Virus record (IMG/VR): IMGVR_UViG_3300045988_117002
Length of the DNA: 64,000 nt
Direction: 5' to 3' (one strand)
DNA from: a virus
Position 1 is the first letter of the stretch. The number at the start of each line of letters is the position of its first letter. A program made the translations under genes and the position numbers. Shown here piece by piece: positions 26,969-35,859 of this stretch. Under the pieces are notes generated by a model, which was not told the origin of the DNA, made no database searches, and saw nothing but the letters and a program-made list of their open reading frames with translations.

Positions 26969-28099
26969 ACCCACTATCTCATTTGTAGTTACATTTGAGA
27001 ATACTTTTCTCATAATTTGAAATGCACCATTAACATCCGCATTGATATATTCTCCGTTATTACTCTTAAATAATCCACGTTTAATACGTCTTGATTTATT
27101 ATAATTTTCTTTTATTGGTAACTCATTATCAAGAAAACTCGTTCCTGATGTATAGCTTTCTTCTGTCTTAATCAAGTTAATTCCAACGCTTTCACATTTA
27201 TATTCAAGCTTATTGATAAATGTTTCGTATGGAATATACACAAAATTTTGATTAGTAACTTTATTCATTTCAGAATTTTGTTTCCATTTATCGTTCTTTC
27301 CTATAACAATCGTACCAATATCGTATTTTATACAATAATTGACAATATATTTACTTGCACAGTGCATAAGGTATTCCATCTTGAAATATCTTTTATCTGT
27401 TAATTTTTGCATTTGTTTTGTCCAGTTAAGATCGTTTACTGTTTTGGCAATACTTCTTAATCTCGACATTTTCTTATTCCAATATTGATTATAAGATTTT
27501 ATTCCTTTGCCATTTATAACAATAGAAGATTCTCCTATGTTATTTACAATTGTTACAAAGTTATTTAATCCCAAGTCAATTGCAGCAATTCTATTACTGT
27601 TTAATTGGTAAATGTTTCCATCATCCTCATAAACAATTTCAATAATATAACAACCACCTTTAGGAATAATTCTTGTTGATAAATGATGTCCTTTTACATT
27701 TGATTTAATCAAATTGTTATAAGGTTTCATTCTCTTAAAAGCAAAATATAAATATCCATCTTTAATATGTGTTTGCATGTTAGTTAATGTACAAGTAAAT
27801 CTTCCATCTTTCTTCTTATAAGCAGGAATTTTCGGTTTTCCTAAATATTTTTCTGGATGTAATGTATAATCTTTTACAGCTACAAGAAATGATTTCCACG
27901 ATTTACATAATATTTTTGTAACCATTTGAGCAGAATTTGATCCTAACTCTTTAAATGCATCTGTACTTTTCAATTCTTTATTCAAGTCCCCATATTTTTT
28001 AATTTTTTGAGTTTTAAAAAATTCTTGACGGATAGTATAGTTGCAAAGATTATACATATTCTTTGATAAATAACATAACTCATCACATATTTGAAACAT
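26936..28099 (-). CDS. tnpB: TnpB (IS200/IS605 OrfB-type RNA-guided nuclease), zinc-finger-less subtype
   Basis: RuvC motifs AIDLGLNNF (D), TEESYTSGTSF (E), INADVNGAFQIMRK (D); no CxxC pairs between RuvC-II and RuvC-III; the frame stays open upstream to an ATA at 28141 behind a GAGGTG SD. Confidence 0.85.
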   Translation of the reverse strand: MFQICDELCYLSKNMYNLCNYTIRQEFFKTQKIKKYGDLNKELKSTDAFKELGSNSAQMVTKILCKSWKSFLVAVKDYTLHPEKYLGKPKIPAYKKKDGRFTCTLTNMQTHIKDGYLYFAFKRMKPYNNLIKSNVKGHHLSTRIIPKGGCYIIEIVYEDDGNIYQLNSNRIAAIDLGLNNFVTIVNNIGESSIVINGKGIKSYNQYWNKKMSRLRSIAKTVNDLNWTKQMQKLTDKRYFKMEYLMHCASKYIVNYCIKYDIGTIVIGKNDKWKQNSEMNKVTNQNFVYIPYETFINKLEYKCESVGINLIKTEESYTSGTSFLDNELPIKENYNKSRRIKRGLFKSNNGEYINADVNGAFQIMRKVFSNVTTNEIVGAYSHPAIINL

Positions 28100-28154
28100 T
28101 TGATGATTTCTATTTATTACATGTCGTTCTACATTTTGTATATTATCACCTCTA

Positions 28155-28304
28155 TTATTTCTTCTTTACAATCTTAGTCACTTCTCCAACACTTATACAG
28201 AATCTTTTGGCAACATTTTTCTTGTCACCACTTCTATTATAAGCATTCACAATATCATAGTATGTAAATTCTTTCTCAACTGGTTTATTCATAAAGCTAT
28301 CCAT
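28155..28304 (-). CDS. small HTH protein (49 aa)
   Basis: GGAGG SD; NVAKRFCISVGEVTKIVK HTH; lies between the recombinase and tnpB. Confidence 0.4.
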   Translation of the reverse strand: MDSFMNKPVEKEFTYYDIVNAYNRSGDKKNVAKRFCISVGEVTKIVKKK

Positions 28305-28365
28305 AATCTATATACCTCCAAAATCTTTCTATAATATACTTCTCTGTTTGTTTCATTAATTACTC

Positions 28366-29190
28366 CTATTCTATCATATCTGAATCATCTTGTGGACATA
28401 AATAATCTTCTGGTGTTTCTTCTTCATTCGAGAAAATGCACATTCTTTCCTGGTTTTTAAATATTTCTTCATCAGTGATACAAATATATCTTAAAGTAAT
28501 ACGCATATCAGAATGTCCGAAGATTGTCATAAGCTGTATCAGAGCCTGTTGTTTGTCTGGTGCTGCTAAATAATAACTATGTCCAAAAGTCTTACGAAGT
28601 CCATGAGTACCAATAGACTGTTTAATACCTGCTTTTATTCTATTCCTCTCAACAGTTCTATACCATGTCATTTCTCCAATATGTTCACCTTTATTAGAAG
28701 AAAAAATATAATCAGTTAACTCAGGAGTTTCATTATGATCTTCTAACCACTTATGCCAATTCTGAATAGCCATTTTAAAGTCACTGTCATATCTTAATTT
28801 GACATATTTTCTTTTAATTACATTTCCACATCTATCTCTACGCTCTGTTTTTTCTGGAACAAACTTCTGTGACTTTTTAATTCTCCATCCATCTTCATAT
28901 ACATCTTTCCATGTGAGTTTGCAAAAATCCCCACCACGCAATCCAATATTGATTGCACATATGAACATTGTAAGATTTCTCATAGCGTTCTTTTCTTTAT
29001 TAACAGTAGTTGCATTATCAACATCTGTTTTAAACACATTATATACAGATAAAATTTCATCCTTAGTATACAAGCATTCCATCTCTGTTGACTTCCCACG
29101 CCGTAATGTTTTCTGTTTTGGGAAGTTGTATATCGTTGCTTTCTGTTTTTGATTGATATAACACGACTGTTGGATTGCTAAAGCTGGCAT
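28366..29190 (-). CDS. tyrosine recombinase, catalytic-core-only type
   Basis: GLRGGD (Arg I), HGLRKTFG (H-x-x-R), GHSDMRITLRY (His and Tyr nucleophile); only about 40 aa precede the catalytic domain, so there is no SAM-like core-binding domain. Confidence 0.8.
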   Translation of the reverse strand: MPALAIQQSCYINQKQKATIYNFPKQKTLRRGKSTEMECLYTKDEILSVYNVFKTDVDNATTVNKEKNAMRNLTMFICAINIGLRGGDFCKLTWKDVYEDGWRIKKSQKFVPEKTERRDRCGNVIKRKYVKLRYDSDFKMAIQNWHKWLEDHNETPELTDYIFSSNKGEHIGEMTWYRTVERNRIKAGIKQSIGTHGLRKTFGHSYYLAAPDKQQALIQLMTIFGHSDMRITLRYICITDEEIFKNQERMCIFSNEEETPEDYLCPQDDSDMIE

Positions 29191-29210
29191 AATTCCACCT
29201 CCTAACTATT

Positions 29211-29603
29211 TTATTTCTTCCAATATCCGTATAAGCAACAATCACCAGAGTCCCATTTATCATAGAAATTTCCATCAACTGATGCAACTGCGTGATTTGC
29301 CACGCTTAAAAAGTATGTACCTTCTTTATGTTCTTTTGTAAAGCTTTCTACCGTAGGACGTTTAGATCCTTTCTTATTACTAATCCCTACATACTCAAAA
29401 CCATGTTCCTCTAAGTATCTCTTGCAACATGGCTTGCTATTTGGATTACACTGTATATCTCTTGCAATCGGAATCAATTCATCAAATACTTCTAACCATG
29501 TTTTGTTCATTACCTTGCATAATGCACGAATAACACAATCACTTTGTTCATCTTTTTTGTCTTTATCATTCGGATTAAAGTGCATATAATGTTTACTTGT
29601 CAT
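29211..29603 (-). CDS. putative papain-fold cysteine peptidase
   Basis: SDCVIRAL (candidate Cys), ANHAVA (His), DKWDS (Asp) in C-H-D order; ATG 29603 behind AAGGAGA SD. Confidence 0.35.
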   Translation of the reverse strand: MTSKHYMHFNPNDKDKKDEQSDCVIRALCKVMNKTWLEVFDELIPIARDIQCNPNSKPCCKRYLEEHGFEYVGISNKKGSKRPTVESFTKEHKEGTYFLSVANHAVASVDGNFYDKWDSGDCCLYGYWKK

Positions 29604-29622
29604 TTGATTTTTCTCCTTATCA

Positions 29623-29649
29623 CCGGGGATTATTCCCCGGTATTTTTTT
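29623..29649 (+). terminator. GC-rich hairpin with + strand T-tract
   Basis: ccgggga-ttat-tccccgg then tattttttt; sits between two minus-strand genes. Confidence 0.45.
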
Positions 29650-29989
29650 ACTTTAACGCCTCTACAAATTTGCACATCCATTTTTCAGATACGTTTCCAG
29701 CAATGATATAGTTAAGATTTTCCATAATTTCATCAATATCATAATTTCCAAACAGATCTGCCTTCTTGATATTATCCATCTTTAATTCAATTAATTCAGA
29801 AAAATTAACTTCAACGGAATCTTTAATAATTTTTGTAATAGTAAGAAGCTTTGATAAATCTTCTATTGCCTTATTCCAGTCATCGTCTGGTTTATCGGCA
29901 TAGAAATAAACCTCCATATCATACTCTTTGTCGCATACCGTAATCTCTGCTCCGTTTTCTCTTAATTTAATATAATCATATAACTTCAT
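29648..29989 (-). CDS. hypothetical protein
   Basis: First gene after the operator-controlled promoter at about 30.03 kb; AAGGAGA SD. Confidence 0.55.
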   Translation of the reverse strand: MKLYDYIKLRENGAEITVCDKEYDMEVYFYADKPDDDWNKAIEDLSKLLTITKIIKDSVEVNFSELIELKMDNIKKADLFGNYDIDEIMENLNYIIAGNVSEKWMCKFVEALK

Positions 29990-30021
29990 TTCTGGTATCT
30001 CCTTTCTCTTAACTTGATTAT

Positions 30022-30050
30022 ATTATAGCATTAGTACCATTGTATTTCAA
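30022..30050 (-). promoter_or_regulatory. sigma-A promoter of the 29989-and-downstream operon
   Basis: Minus strand TTGAAA (30050-30045), 17 nt, TATAAT (30027-30022). Confidence 0.65.
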
Positions 30051-30111
30051 TAGGCATTAGTACCAATATTCATAGTTATTATTTGTTATATTTATACAAT
30101 AGTACCATTGC
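30028..30111. promoter_or_regulatory. three operator repeats (A/T)TGGTACTA(A/T)TG
   Basis: gcattagtaccattg 30028-30042 (fills the promoter spacer), gcattagtaccaata 30054-30068, caatagtaccattgc 30097-30111. Confidence 0.65.
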
Positions 30112-30120
30112 ATTTCTTGT

Positions 30121-30149
30121 ATAAAAATAAGACACCTATTAAGATGTCT
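30121..30149 (-). terminator. terminator after the RHH gene
   Basis: Minus strand AGACA..TGTCT hairpin followed by TATTTTTAT. Confidence 0.45.
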
Positions 30150-30154
30150 CATTT

Positions 30155-30340
30155 CTAACTATCTCTTTCCATTTTTTCTTTAATAGCTTGCCTTATGAAA
30201 CCTGCTTTTGTATATCCCTTTTCTTCACAATAAGTCGCAAGAGTAGCAGCTTCTTCTTTTGGCATAGACAGTTTAACTTGTGCATATGCCTTTTTAAAAT
30301 AACGCTCATTGGCTTCTTTTTTTGCTTTTGATACTGTTAT
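30155..30340 (-). CDS. ribbon-helix-helix (CopG/Arc-like) regulator with apparent ATA start
   Basis: KKAYAQVKLSMPKEEAATLATYCEEKGYTKAGFIRQAIKEKMERD has the RHH strand-helix-helix pattern and parallels 53309..53497; own promoter, GGGAGG SD 8 nt before ATA 30340, in-frame TGA at 30358; the only ATG (30265) would delete the beta strand. Confidence 0.5.
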   Translation of the reverse strand: MTVSKAKKEANERYFKKAYAQVKLSMPKEEAATLATYCEEKGYTKAGFIRQAIKEKMERDS

Positions 30341-30369
30341 CTTAACCGCCTCCCATCATATCTCTTCTT

Positions 30370-30398
30370 ATTATAAAGGAAATCTGCTCACGTAGCAA
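30370..30398 (-). promoter_or_regulatory. sigma-A promoter of the RHH gene
   Basis: Minus strand TTGCTA (30398-30393), 17 nt, TATAAT (30375-30370). Confidence 0.6.
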
Positions 30399-30425
30399 GT
30401 AATTATTTATCCGTTTTAACCGCAT

Positions 30426-30447
30426 ATCACCGCATTTATACGGTGAT
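30426..30447. repeat. 7-bp inverted repeat ATCACCG / CGGTGAT with adjacent ACCGCAT direct repeat
   Basis: atcaccgcatttatacggtgat just upstream of the RHH promoter. Confidence 0.5.
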
Positions 30448-30510
30448 TTACGTCCGTTACCACTGAAAAGTCCTATAAGTACTTATAACTTTTTCCATGA
30501 AATGTCTGTT

Positions 30511-30825
30511 TTAACTTTTCATCAAATCATCTACTGAATCAAAAAGTTTCAAATCATCATCTAAATTTTCATGAACCCCATGATGATAAGCAAATCCTCC
30601 AATCCATTCAATAACTTCTTTTCTGTTTTGTAAATAATCTTCTTTTCGCATCTTTCTAACGTCATGTAATCGTTCACTTGTTACCGATCCATTCCTCGTA
30701 AAAATCGTACAGTAACAATATCCGTCTTCTACAAAATCATGTAGTAAATGACAAGGATACCAGGATTTACCAATCCTAAACTCATACATATGATTATAAT
30801 TTCCGTTAGCTTGTTCAACAGTCAT
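30511..30825 (-). CDS. hypothetical protein
   Basis: Trimmed to ATG 30825 behind GGATGGTGA SD. Confidence 0.5.
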   Translation of the reverse strand: MTVEQANGNYNHMYEFRIGKSWYPCHLLHDFVEDGYCYCTIFTRNGSVTSERLHDVRKMRKEDYLQNRKEVIEWIGGFAYHHGVHENLDDDLKLFDSVDDLMKS

Positions 30826-30830
30826 TCTTA

Positions 30831-31058
30831 TCACCATCCAATCACACAATATCCATTTACGATTCCAACACAATTATTTGATATAGATGTAATTTTAAAA
30901 CATGCTTCTTTATTAGGTTGTATACTATAAAAGCAGATCATATCTCCAATCATATAATCATTATTTTGAGTAATTACGTAACTTTTTATACCACTGATAA
31001 TACAATCATATTCTTCTGACTGTATCTTTAATTTATGCATTTTCGGTTTTCTTATCAT
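30831..31058 (-). CDS. DUF3850/ASCH-like (PUA-fold) protein
   Basis: MHKLKIQSEEYDCIISGIKSYVITQNNDYMIGDMI resembles the DUF3850 N-terminal signature as recalled. Confidence 0.45.
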   Translation of the reverse strand: MIRKPKMHKLKIQSEEYDCIISGIKSYVITQNNDYMIGDMICFYSIQPNKEACFKITSISNNCVGIVNGYCVIGW

Positions 31059-31239
31059 GTATATTTTCCTTTATTCCAAGATAATAATGATGAGTATCTT
31101 CTTTTATTTGTTCATCTTTTCTATAAATTCCATAACCATTTTGTTTATCAATAAACTTATATCCGTCTGGAATTTTATCAACCAATTCTACCTTCAAATT
31201 ATTTTCATTAATTTGAAATTCTTCAAAACCTATTACCAT
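31033..31239 (-). CDS. hypothetical protein
   Basis: Co-directional ORF. Confidence 0.5.
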   Translation of the reverse strand: MVIGFEEFQINENNLKVELVDKIPDGYKFIDKQNGYGIYRKDEQIKEDTHHYYLGIKENIHDKKTENA

Positions 31240-31273
31240 AATTCCTCCGATCTAATTTTATGAAATGCATGTT

Positions 31274-31516
31274 TTATTGTAATTTGACCAAATCATAACT
31301 ATTTACTGACATATCAATGATTTGTTGACCATCCCATTGTACATAAACAAATCCATCTGAGTAATAATGGAGTCCTTTTATAACAGTTCCATCTATATAT
31401 TCTGTTGTATGATCATGTCTGTTTTTATATTTTCTTACTCGATCTCCCTTTCTTAAACACTTCCAATCTTTATTTTCTACCAACCACATACCCCTTTCAT
31501 GAAAACAATCTTTCAA
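31274..31516 (-). CDS. hypothetical protein
   Basis: Co-directional ORF. Confidence 0.5.
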   Translation of the reverse strand: MKDCFHERGMWLVENKDWKCLRKGDRVRKYKNRHDHTTEYIDGTVIKGLHYYSDGFVYVQWDGQQIIDMSVNSYDLVKLQ

Positions 31517-31713
31517 CTTCTCACCAAATCCATCACAATCTTAACACCAAATCTCTCAAATGCTTCATAAGTTCTTTCCAACTCGTCATAAGTTGCCTTA
31601 CTTAATCTGTCTCGCATCAACATTAAGTCATTTTCTGATGGATTAATTTCTTTTTTAATTTGATTTAATATAGCATCTCTATATTTACATTTTATCGAAA
31701 AATCCCCAACCAT
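31513..31713 (-). CDS. hypothetical protein
   Basis: Co-directional ORF with 4-nt overlap. Confidence 0.5.
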   Translation of the reverse strand: MVGDFSIKCKYRDAILNQIKKEINPSENDLMLMRDRLSKATYDELERTYEAFERFGVKIVMDLVRS

Positions 31714-31732
31714 ATTTTAACCTTCCTTAGAA

Positions 31733-31969
31733 CTATAACATTACCCATAGATTTCTACCATAATATTCTCTTCTTATATGAGAAACATCATTATCAATTT
31801 TAGACAATTCAACTTTTTCAAAAGTTACATTTTTGCAGCCATCCATAGTTCTGTTTCCAAATCTATTTTTAGTACATTCAATTCCATTTGATAATTCCTC
31901 AACCATAACAGAAGTCACTTCTCGTAAATGTTTGATTTTTTGTGTTTCTTCATACGTCATATTATTCAC
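31733..31969 (-). CDS. hypothetical protein
   Basis: Co-directional ORF. Confidence 0.5.
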   Translation of the reverse strand: MNNMTYEETQKIKHLREVTSVMVEELSNGIECTKNRFGNRTMDGCKNVTFEKVELSKIDNDVSHIRREYYGRNLWVML

Positions 31970-31980
31970 ATCCTTTACAA

Positions 31981-31996
31981 TGAAAGCAATTTTTCA
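31981..31996. promoter_or_regulatory. TGAAA-N6-TTTCA palindrome, copy 7
   Basis: tgaaagcaatttttca 5' of the AAAGGA SD of 31733..31969; nearly identical to copy 5. Confidence 0.6.
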
Positions 31997-32167
31997 ACTT
32001 ATTCTACAATCTGTATAATATGAACATTTTCTTTTGGATAATTCATCTTCAAACAATCATCTTTGAATTTTCTTGCAGCGTTCAATGTCATTTCATCACT
32101 CATCTGATAACCGCCACTATGTCCTTTATATATAACTCTATACATATCTATCACTCCTTTAAAACCG

Positions 32168-32359
32168 TCATTTTATGTTATTCTTAATCTTTTTTAATCT
32201 CTCTTGTGTTCCACCAAATTCGTAACACTTGCATGGTTGATTATTAACAGATACATCTTTTCCGTACTTCTTTCCGAAGCATCTACCAAGCCATTCTTTT
32301 TTTCTACATAGCTGGCAGTTATGCTTATTTTGTCCTGGTGTAATATGCATCATTATCAT
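32168..32359 (-). CDS. small Cys-rich basic protein
   Basis: CQLCRKKEWLGRC...CKC. Confidence 0.5.
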   Translation of the reverse strand: MIMMHITPGQNKHNCQLCRKKEWLGRCFGKKYGKDVSVNNQPCKCYEFGGTQERLKKIKNNIK

Positions 32360-32585
32360 CCTATTAATTAGCTCTCATTATTTCAAATATCTTTTCCTTC
32401 AATACAAGCTGACAAGCAATTCCGCAATCTTTCATATCGGTGATTGAAACATGGTTGTCCTCACAGAACTTCCTATAATCTGTAACTGCCTGATTGATCT
32501 TCTGCGGATCCAGACTTCCTACATGATCCATGATTAGATTTCGGCAATAATAGACATCGTAGTATATCAGCTTACTAGATATATA

Positions 32586-32942
32586 TTATTCATTTTCTAA
32601 CTCCTTCAGCTTTTTCGTTGCTTCTGCTCTTGTTAAAAATACTGTTTCTCCAAAAGATTCTTTGTAAAATATGATGCTAGATGTTGAAAATTCAATTGTT
32701 GTGCTTAAAATTTTTATTGATTTTATTTTTCTCCCGCAAATATTTTCTCCGCTGATGATAAAAACTGAATCTCCGACTTTACACGGTAGTTTTAATAATA
32801 ATCCCTGTTCTTCTAAATCTTCATATTCAGCAAGCTTAGTAAGAATTTTGTCTGCAAACGATTTTAATAATCCATCTGTGATTTCTTCCTTTGCAATGCC
32901 CGTACCATCAATATTTCTTTCTCTTTCTGTTAATCTTTCCAT
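32586..32942 (-). CDS. hypothetical protein (paralog of 4581..4979)
   Basis: LLLKLPCKVGDSVF...FLTRAEATKKLKE. Confidence 0.6.
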   Translation of the reverse strand: MERLTERERNIDGTGIAKEEITDGLLKSFADKILTKLAEYEDLEEQGLLLKLPCKVGDSVFIISGENICGRKIKSIKILSTTIEFSTSSIIFYKESFGETVFLTRAEATKKLKELENE

Positions 32943-33077
32943 TATTCCACCTCTCTTACTTCCTGATATATAATTTCCATATCGAAATTACTTTCAACAT
33001 CTGCGTTCGTCTTCATTACGTTTACTGATAAATTCATCAAAACTCAATATTTCTGACATGTTTATCTTCCTTTTGTT

Positions 33078-33093
33078 TGAAAGTTAAATTTCA
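33078..33093. promoter_or_regulatory. TGAAA-N6-TTTCA palindrome, copy 8
   Basis: tgaaagttaaatttca 5' of an AAGGAAG SD and a 21-codon micro-ORF. Confidence 0.55.
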
Positions 33094-33110
33094 AACTACT
33101 TAATACTATT

Positions 33111-33322
33111 TTAACATTCTTCATACCATATATCACAAATTGCACAAGTTAATTCAATCTGCATCATCCATGTTGCATTACATCCAAATCATTATTCATA
33201 TAATTCTTTTATTTTACCGATCTCTGAATCAATATCAAACATTCCAGTTTCTTCAACTTTTAAAAATTCAGAATACAGTTTATGTAATTCTTCTTTAGTT
33301 TTAGTTCAAAAAATATTTTCAT
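33111..33322 (-). pseudogene. decayed paralog of 26262..26483
   Basis: Aligns at nucleotide level with 26262..26483 but carries indels; the homologous frame reads ENIF*TKTKEELHKLYSEFLKVEE...YE**FGCNATWMMQIEL. Confidence 0.6.
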
Positions 33323-33360
33323 TATTCGTAGTAAATATACCTCTATCATTTTATTTTTCT

Positions 33361-33621
33361 TTATTTAATGTTTTCAATTTCTTCCATTTTTTCTAAAAAT
33401 AATTTCATTTCATTGACGGTAAGCCCAACAACAATATTTCTATCAGAAACCGTCTGATAAGAATATAAAACATATTCATTAGAGATTAATTTCTTCGCAA
33501 TATCAACTTTATGAATATATTTAGATTCTTCATTTTCTCTAACATATTCATATAAATTTTCGTTTTTTATTTTCTTTTTAAAACCGATTTCTAATAACTT
33601 TTTATCTATATTTTTACTCAT
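33361..33621 (-). CDS. hypothetical protein (paralog of 14473..14772)
   Basis: LEIGFKK...VGLTVNEMKLFLEKM. Confidence 0.6.
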   Translation of the reverse strand: MSKNIDKKLLEIGFKKKIKNENLYEYVRENEESKYIHKVDIAKKLISNEYVLYSYQTVSDRNIVVGLTVNEMKLFLEKMEEIENIK

Positions 33622-33660
33622 TATTCTATCCTCCTAGCAAAATTCAATCTTGGAACTATT

Positions 33661-33867
33661 CTACTCATAATCTACTATTCCAATTTGACTTCCCTGAGTT
33701 AATACTACTTTCTTTTCTTCTCCGTACTCCCAATCATTCACTGTAAATTCATCAATGTCATCTAACTCTGTAGCAAAATTACTTCCAAATGACTGTATCA
33801 TTCCGATGCAAACAGGCATATCTTCATCATAATTTTCAAGTGCAGCTTTTAAATCTCCTACTGTCAT
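33661..33867 (-). CDS. hypothetical protein
   Basis: Co-directional ORF. Confidence 0.5.
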   Translation of the reverse strand: MTVGDLKAALENYDEDMPVCIGMIQSFGSNFATELDDIDEFTVNDWEYGEEKKVVLTQGSQIGIVDYE

Positions 33868-33875
33868 AATTTCAC

Positions 33876-34076
33876 TTATCCTCTATTATACTTCTGTATA
33901 TGCATATTAATAATCTCCGACTGACTAAGCATTCTTAAATATCCATTTCTTAATTCTTCATCAATCCAATCATCAAATGATTTATCATATCCATGTGCAG
34001 TTTTAAAGACAAATAATGTCTTTAACTGATCTTCTGTATATACTCTTTTATCCGCAGCGCATTCAAAATATCTCAT
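33876..34076 (-). CDS. hypothetical protein
   Basis: Co-directional ORF. Confidence 0.5.
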   Translation of the reverse strand: MRYFECAADKRVYTEDQLKTLFVFKTAHGYDKSFDDWIDEELRNGYLRMLSQSEIINMHIQKYNRG

Positions 34077-34110
34077 ATTCTTTACCTCTTAACATTGTCT
34101 TCTATATCTT

Positions 34111-34326
34111 TCATGTATTTTCCCTGTGAAAAATCTCATTCATCTGTAACATTAATTCAAGCTGCTCAATTTCCGTTTTCAACTTTTTCATTACCAGCAA
34201 ATCATTAATTGTATTATCCTCATATGTGGGAGAATCTATGTTTTGTATATTTATTTTGAAGTATTCCTGTTTCTTAGATAAATCTTCTTGTAAAGAATTT
34301 ATTCTTGCAATAATCCATTCATTCAT
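34111..34326 (-). CDS. hypothetical coiled-coil protein
   Basis: Co-directional ORF. Confidence 0.5.
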   Translation of the reverse strand: MNEWIIARINSLQEDLSKKQEYFKINIQNIDSPTYEDNTINDLLVMKKLKTEIEQLELMLQMNEIFHRENT

Positions 34327-34355
34327 ATTTTCGCTCCATAAAACTATTCTTTCAT

Positions 34356-34877
34356 CTATTGAATCTTACAATAATCTCTACTCATTTTTACAATTTGATT
34401 TGTAGAATAAGATGAATAAATTTTATTAAGTGCTTCTCTGTATTCAATAACATTAAAATCTTTTAATTTTTGTTCTGAAACTACTTTAAATAACTGTTTT
34501 GTAAATCTTTCTGATAATCCAACTAACCTCATATGTTTAATTTCTCCTGTTACAGCATCCACTAACATAATTGTCAGTCCTAATCCTTGATTTTTTCCAA
34601 CTGAACTTAATTCTGACAAATTCTTGCTCAAATGTGACGAATATGGAGCGTCCATCCAATTAAGATTTCCGATTTTCGCCGTAATTATTATCAATCCATA
34701 TAATTCTAAGAATCTTATTTCAAATTTATTTCCACTTTTAAATTGATTAATTTCATCTTGTGTTGGATTTCCAAAAAATATTATTAATGTTGCACCATCA
34801 TCAGCAATATCAAAAAGAACACCTTCATGATGATTTTTAAAATTTTCTATAACCTGACCTACTCTATATGATGTCAT
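34356..34877 (-). CDS. hypothetical protein
   Basis: Co-directional ORF. Confidence 0.55.
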   Translation of the reverse strand: MTSYRVGQVIENFKNHHEGVLFDIADDGATLIIFFGNPTQDEINQFKSGNKFEIRFLELYGLIIITAKIGNLNWMDAPYSSHLSKNLSELSSVGKNQGLGLTIMLVDAVTGEIKHMRLVGLSERFTKQLFKVVSEQKLKDFNVIEYREALNKIYSSYSTNQIVKMSRDYCKIQ

Positions 34878-35839
34878 TTTACTTCAACCTCCTTAATATT
34901 ATTTAATTGCTCAATATAACCATCTATTTTTATTTTTGCTGCATTAGTAAATCTAAAACCATTTTTCTCTGCAAAAACTTCCACTTCTTTATAATGAGAT
35001 ACATCTACAATTACGCTTGAAGTGTCCCAATCCCATTTTGAAGTTTTTATTTTTCTCGCATCTTTATATATTTTATCACTTTTGCCTTCCCATTTAATTG
35101 ATAATAAGGTTGTATCTTTTCTTGAATATATCCATTTTGTATATTCATGTTTATATTTTCCGTCAACAGCTTTTTTAAGAATATCTTTATCGTGAATACA
35201 AATACAAAATCCATTTTTTAATAATTTATTTCCAATTTCCGCAGCTCTATCAGAGAAATCTCCAATAGTCTCTGTTAGGTTTCTATACCATGTTCCATCC
35301 CATTGATACTTGTTTGCTTTTACCAGATCAATAAAATCACTATTTTTTTCATATTGTAATACAATTCTATTATTATTTTTTACAATTTCTACAATTCCGT
35401 TATGTTTTATTTCGTCAGGCTTTATACTATCTAAACTTACTAAAAGCTCATTCACTCTTTTCTTTTCATATTGACTATGATATTCTTTAACAAACTTACC
35501 ATTTAAACAATTTCTATTATCAATCCAAAATTTCGATTCTGCTTCATTATTTATTATATCATTAATATCAATATTTCTTTTTTCGCATTCTTCATAAAAA
35601 TTAAGTCTAATGGTGTTAGCCCATGCTATCTGCTTTTCTGTGCCTTTCAAATCTGGAAACTCGTATTCTTTGGAAGTTTCCATTGATTTTTTATTCGATT
35701 CTTCTATTTGTTTAGCTTTGCAATTTTCACAAATTCCTTCAAAATGTCTATCTATCTTCCATTGTCTTTCAGACATCTTTCCAACTACATTCACTCTGCC
35801 CTCATGTCCACACGAATATGTTCCATAATACCATGCCAT
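34874..35839 (-). CDS. hypothetical protein with N-terminal zinc ribbon
   Basis: SCGHEG...CENCK; 321 aa. Confidence 0.6.
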   Translation of the reverse strand: MAWYYGTYSCGHEGRVNVVGKMSERQWKIDRHFEGICENCKAKQIEESNKKSMETSKEYEFPDLKGTEKQIAWANTIRLNFYEECEKRNIDINDIINNEAESKFWIDNRNCLNGKFVKEYHSQYEKKRVNELLVSLDSIKPDEIKHNGIVEIVKNNNRIVLQYEKNSDFIDLVKANKYQWDGTWYRNLTETIGDFSDRAAEIGNKLLKNGFCICIHDKDILKKAVDGKYKHEYTKWIYSRKDTTLLSIKWEGKSDKIYKDARKIKTSKWDWDTSSVIVDVSHYKEVEVFAEKNGFRFTNAAKIKIDGYIEQLNNIKEVEVK

Positions 35840-35859
35840 AATATTTCTCCTTCCGTAAT

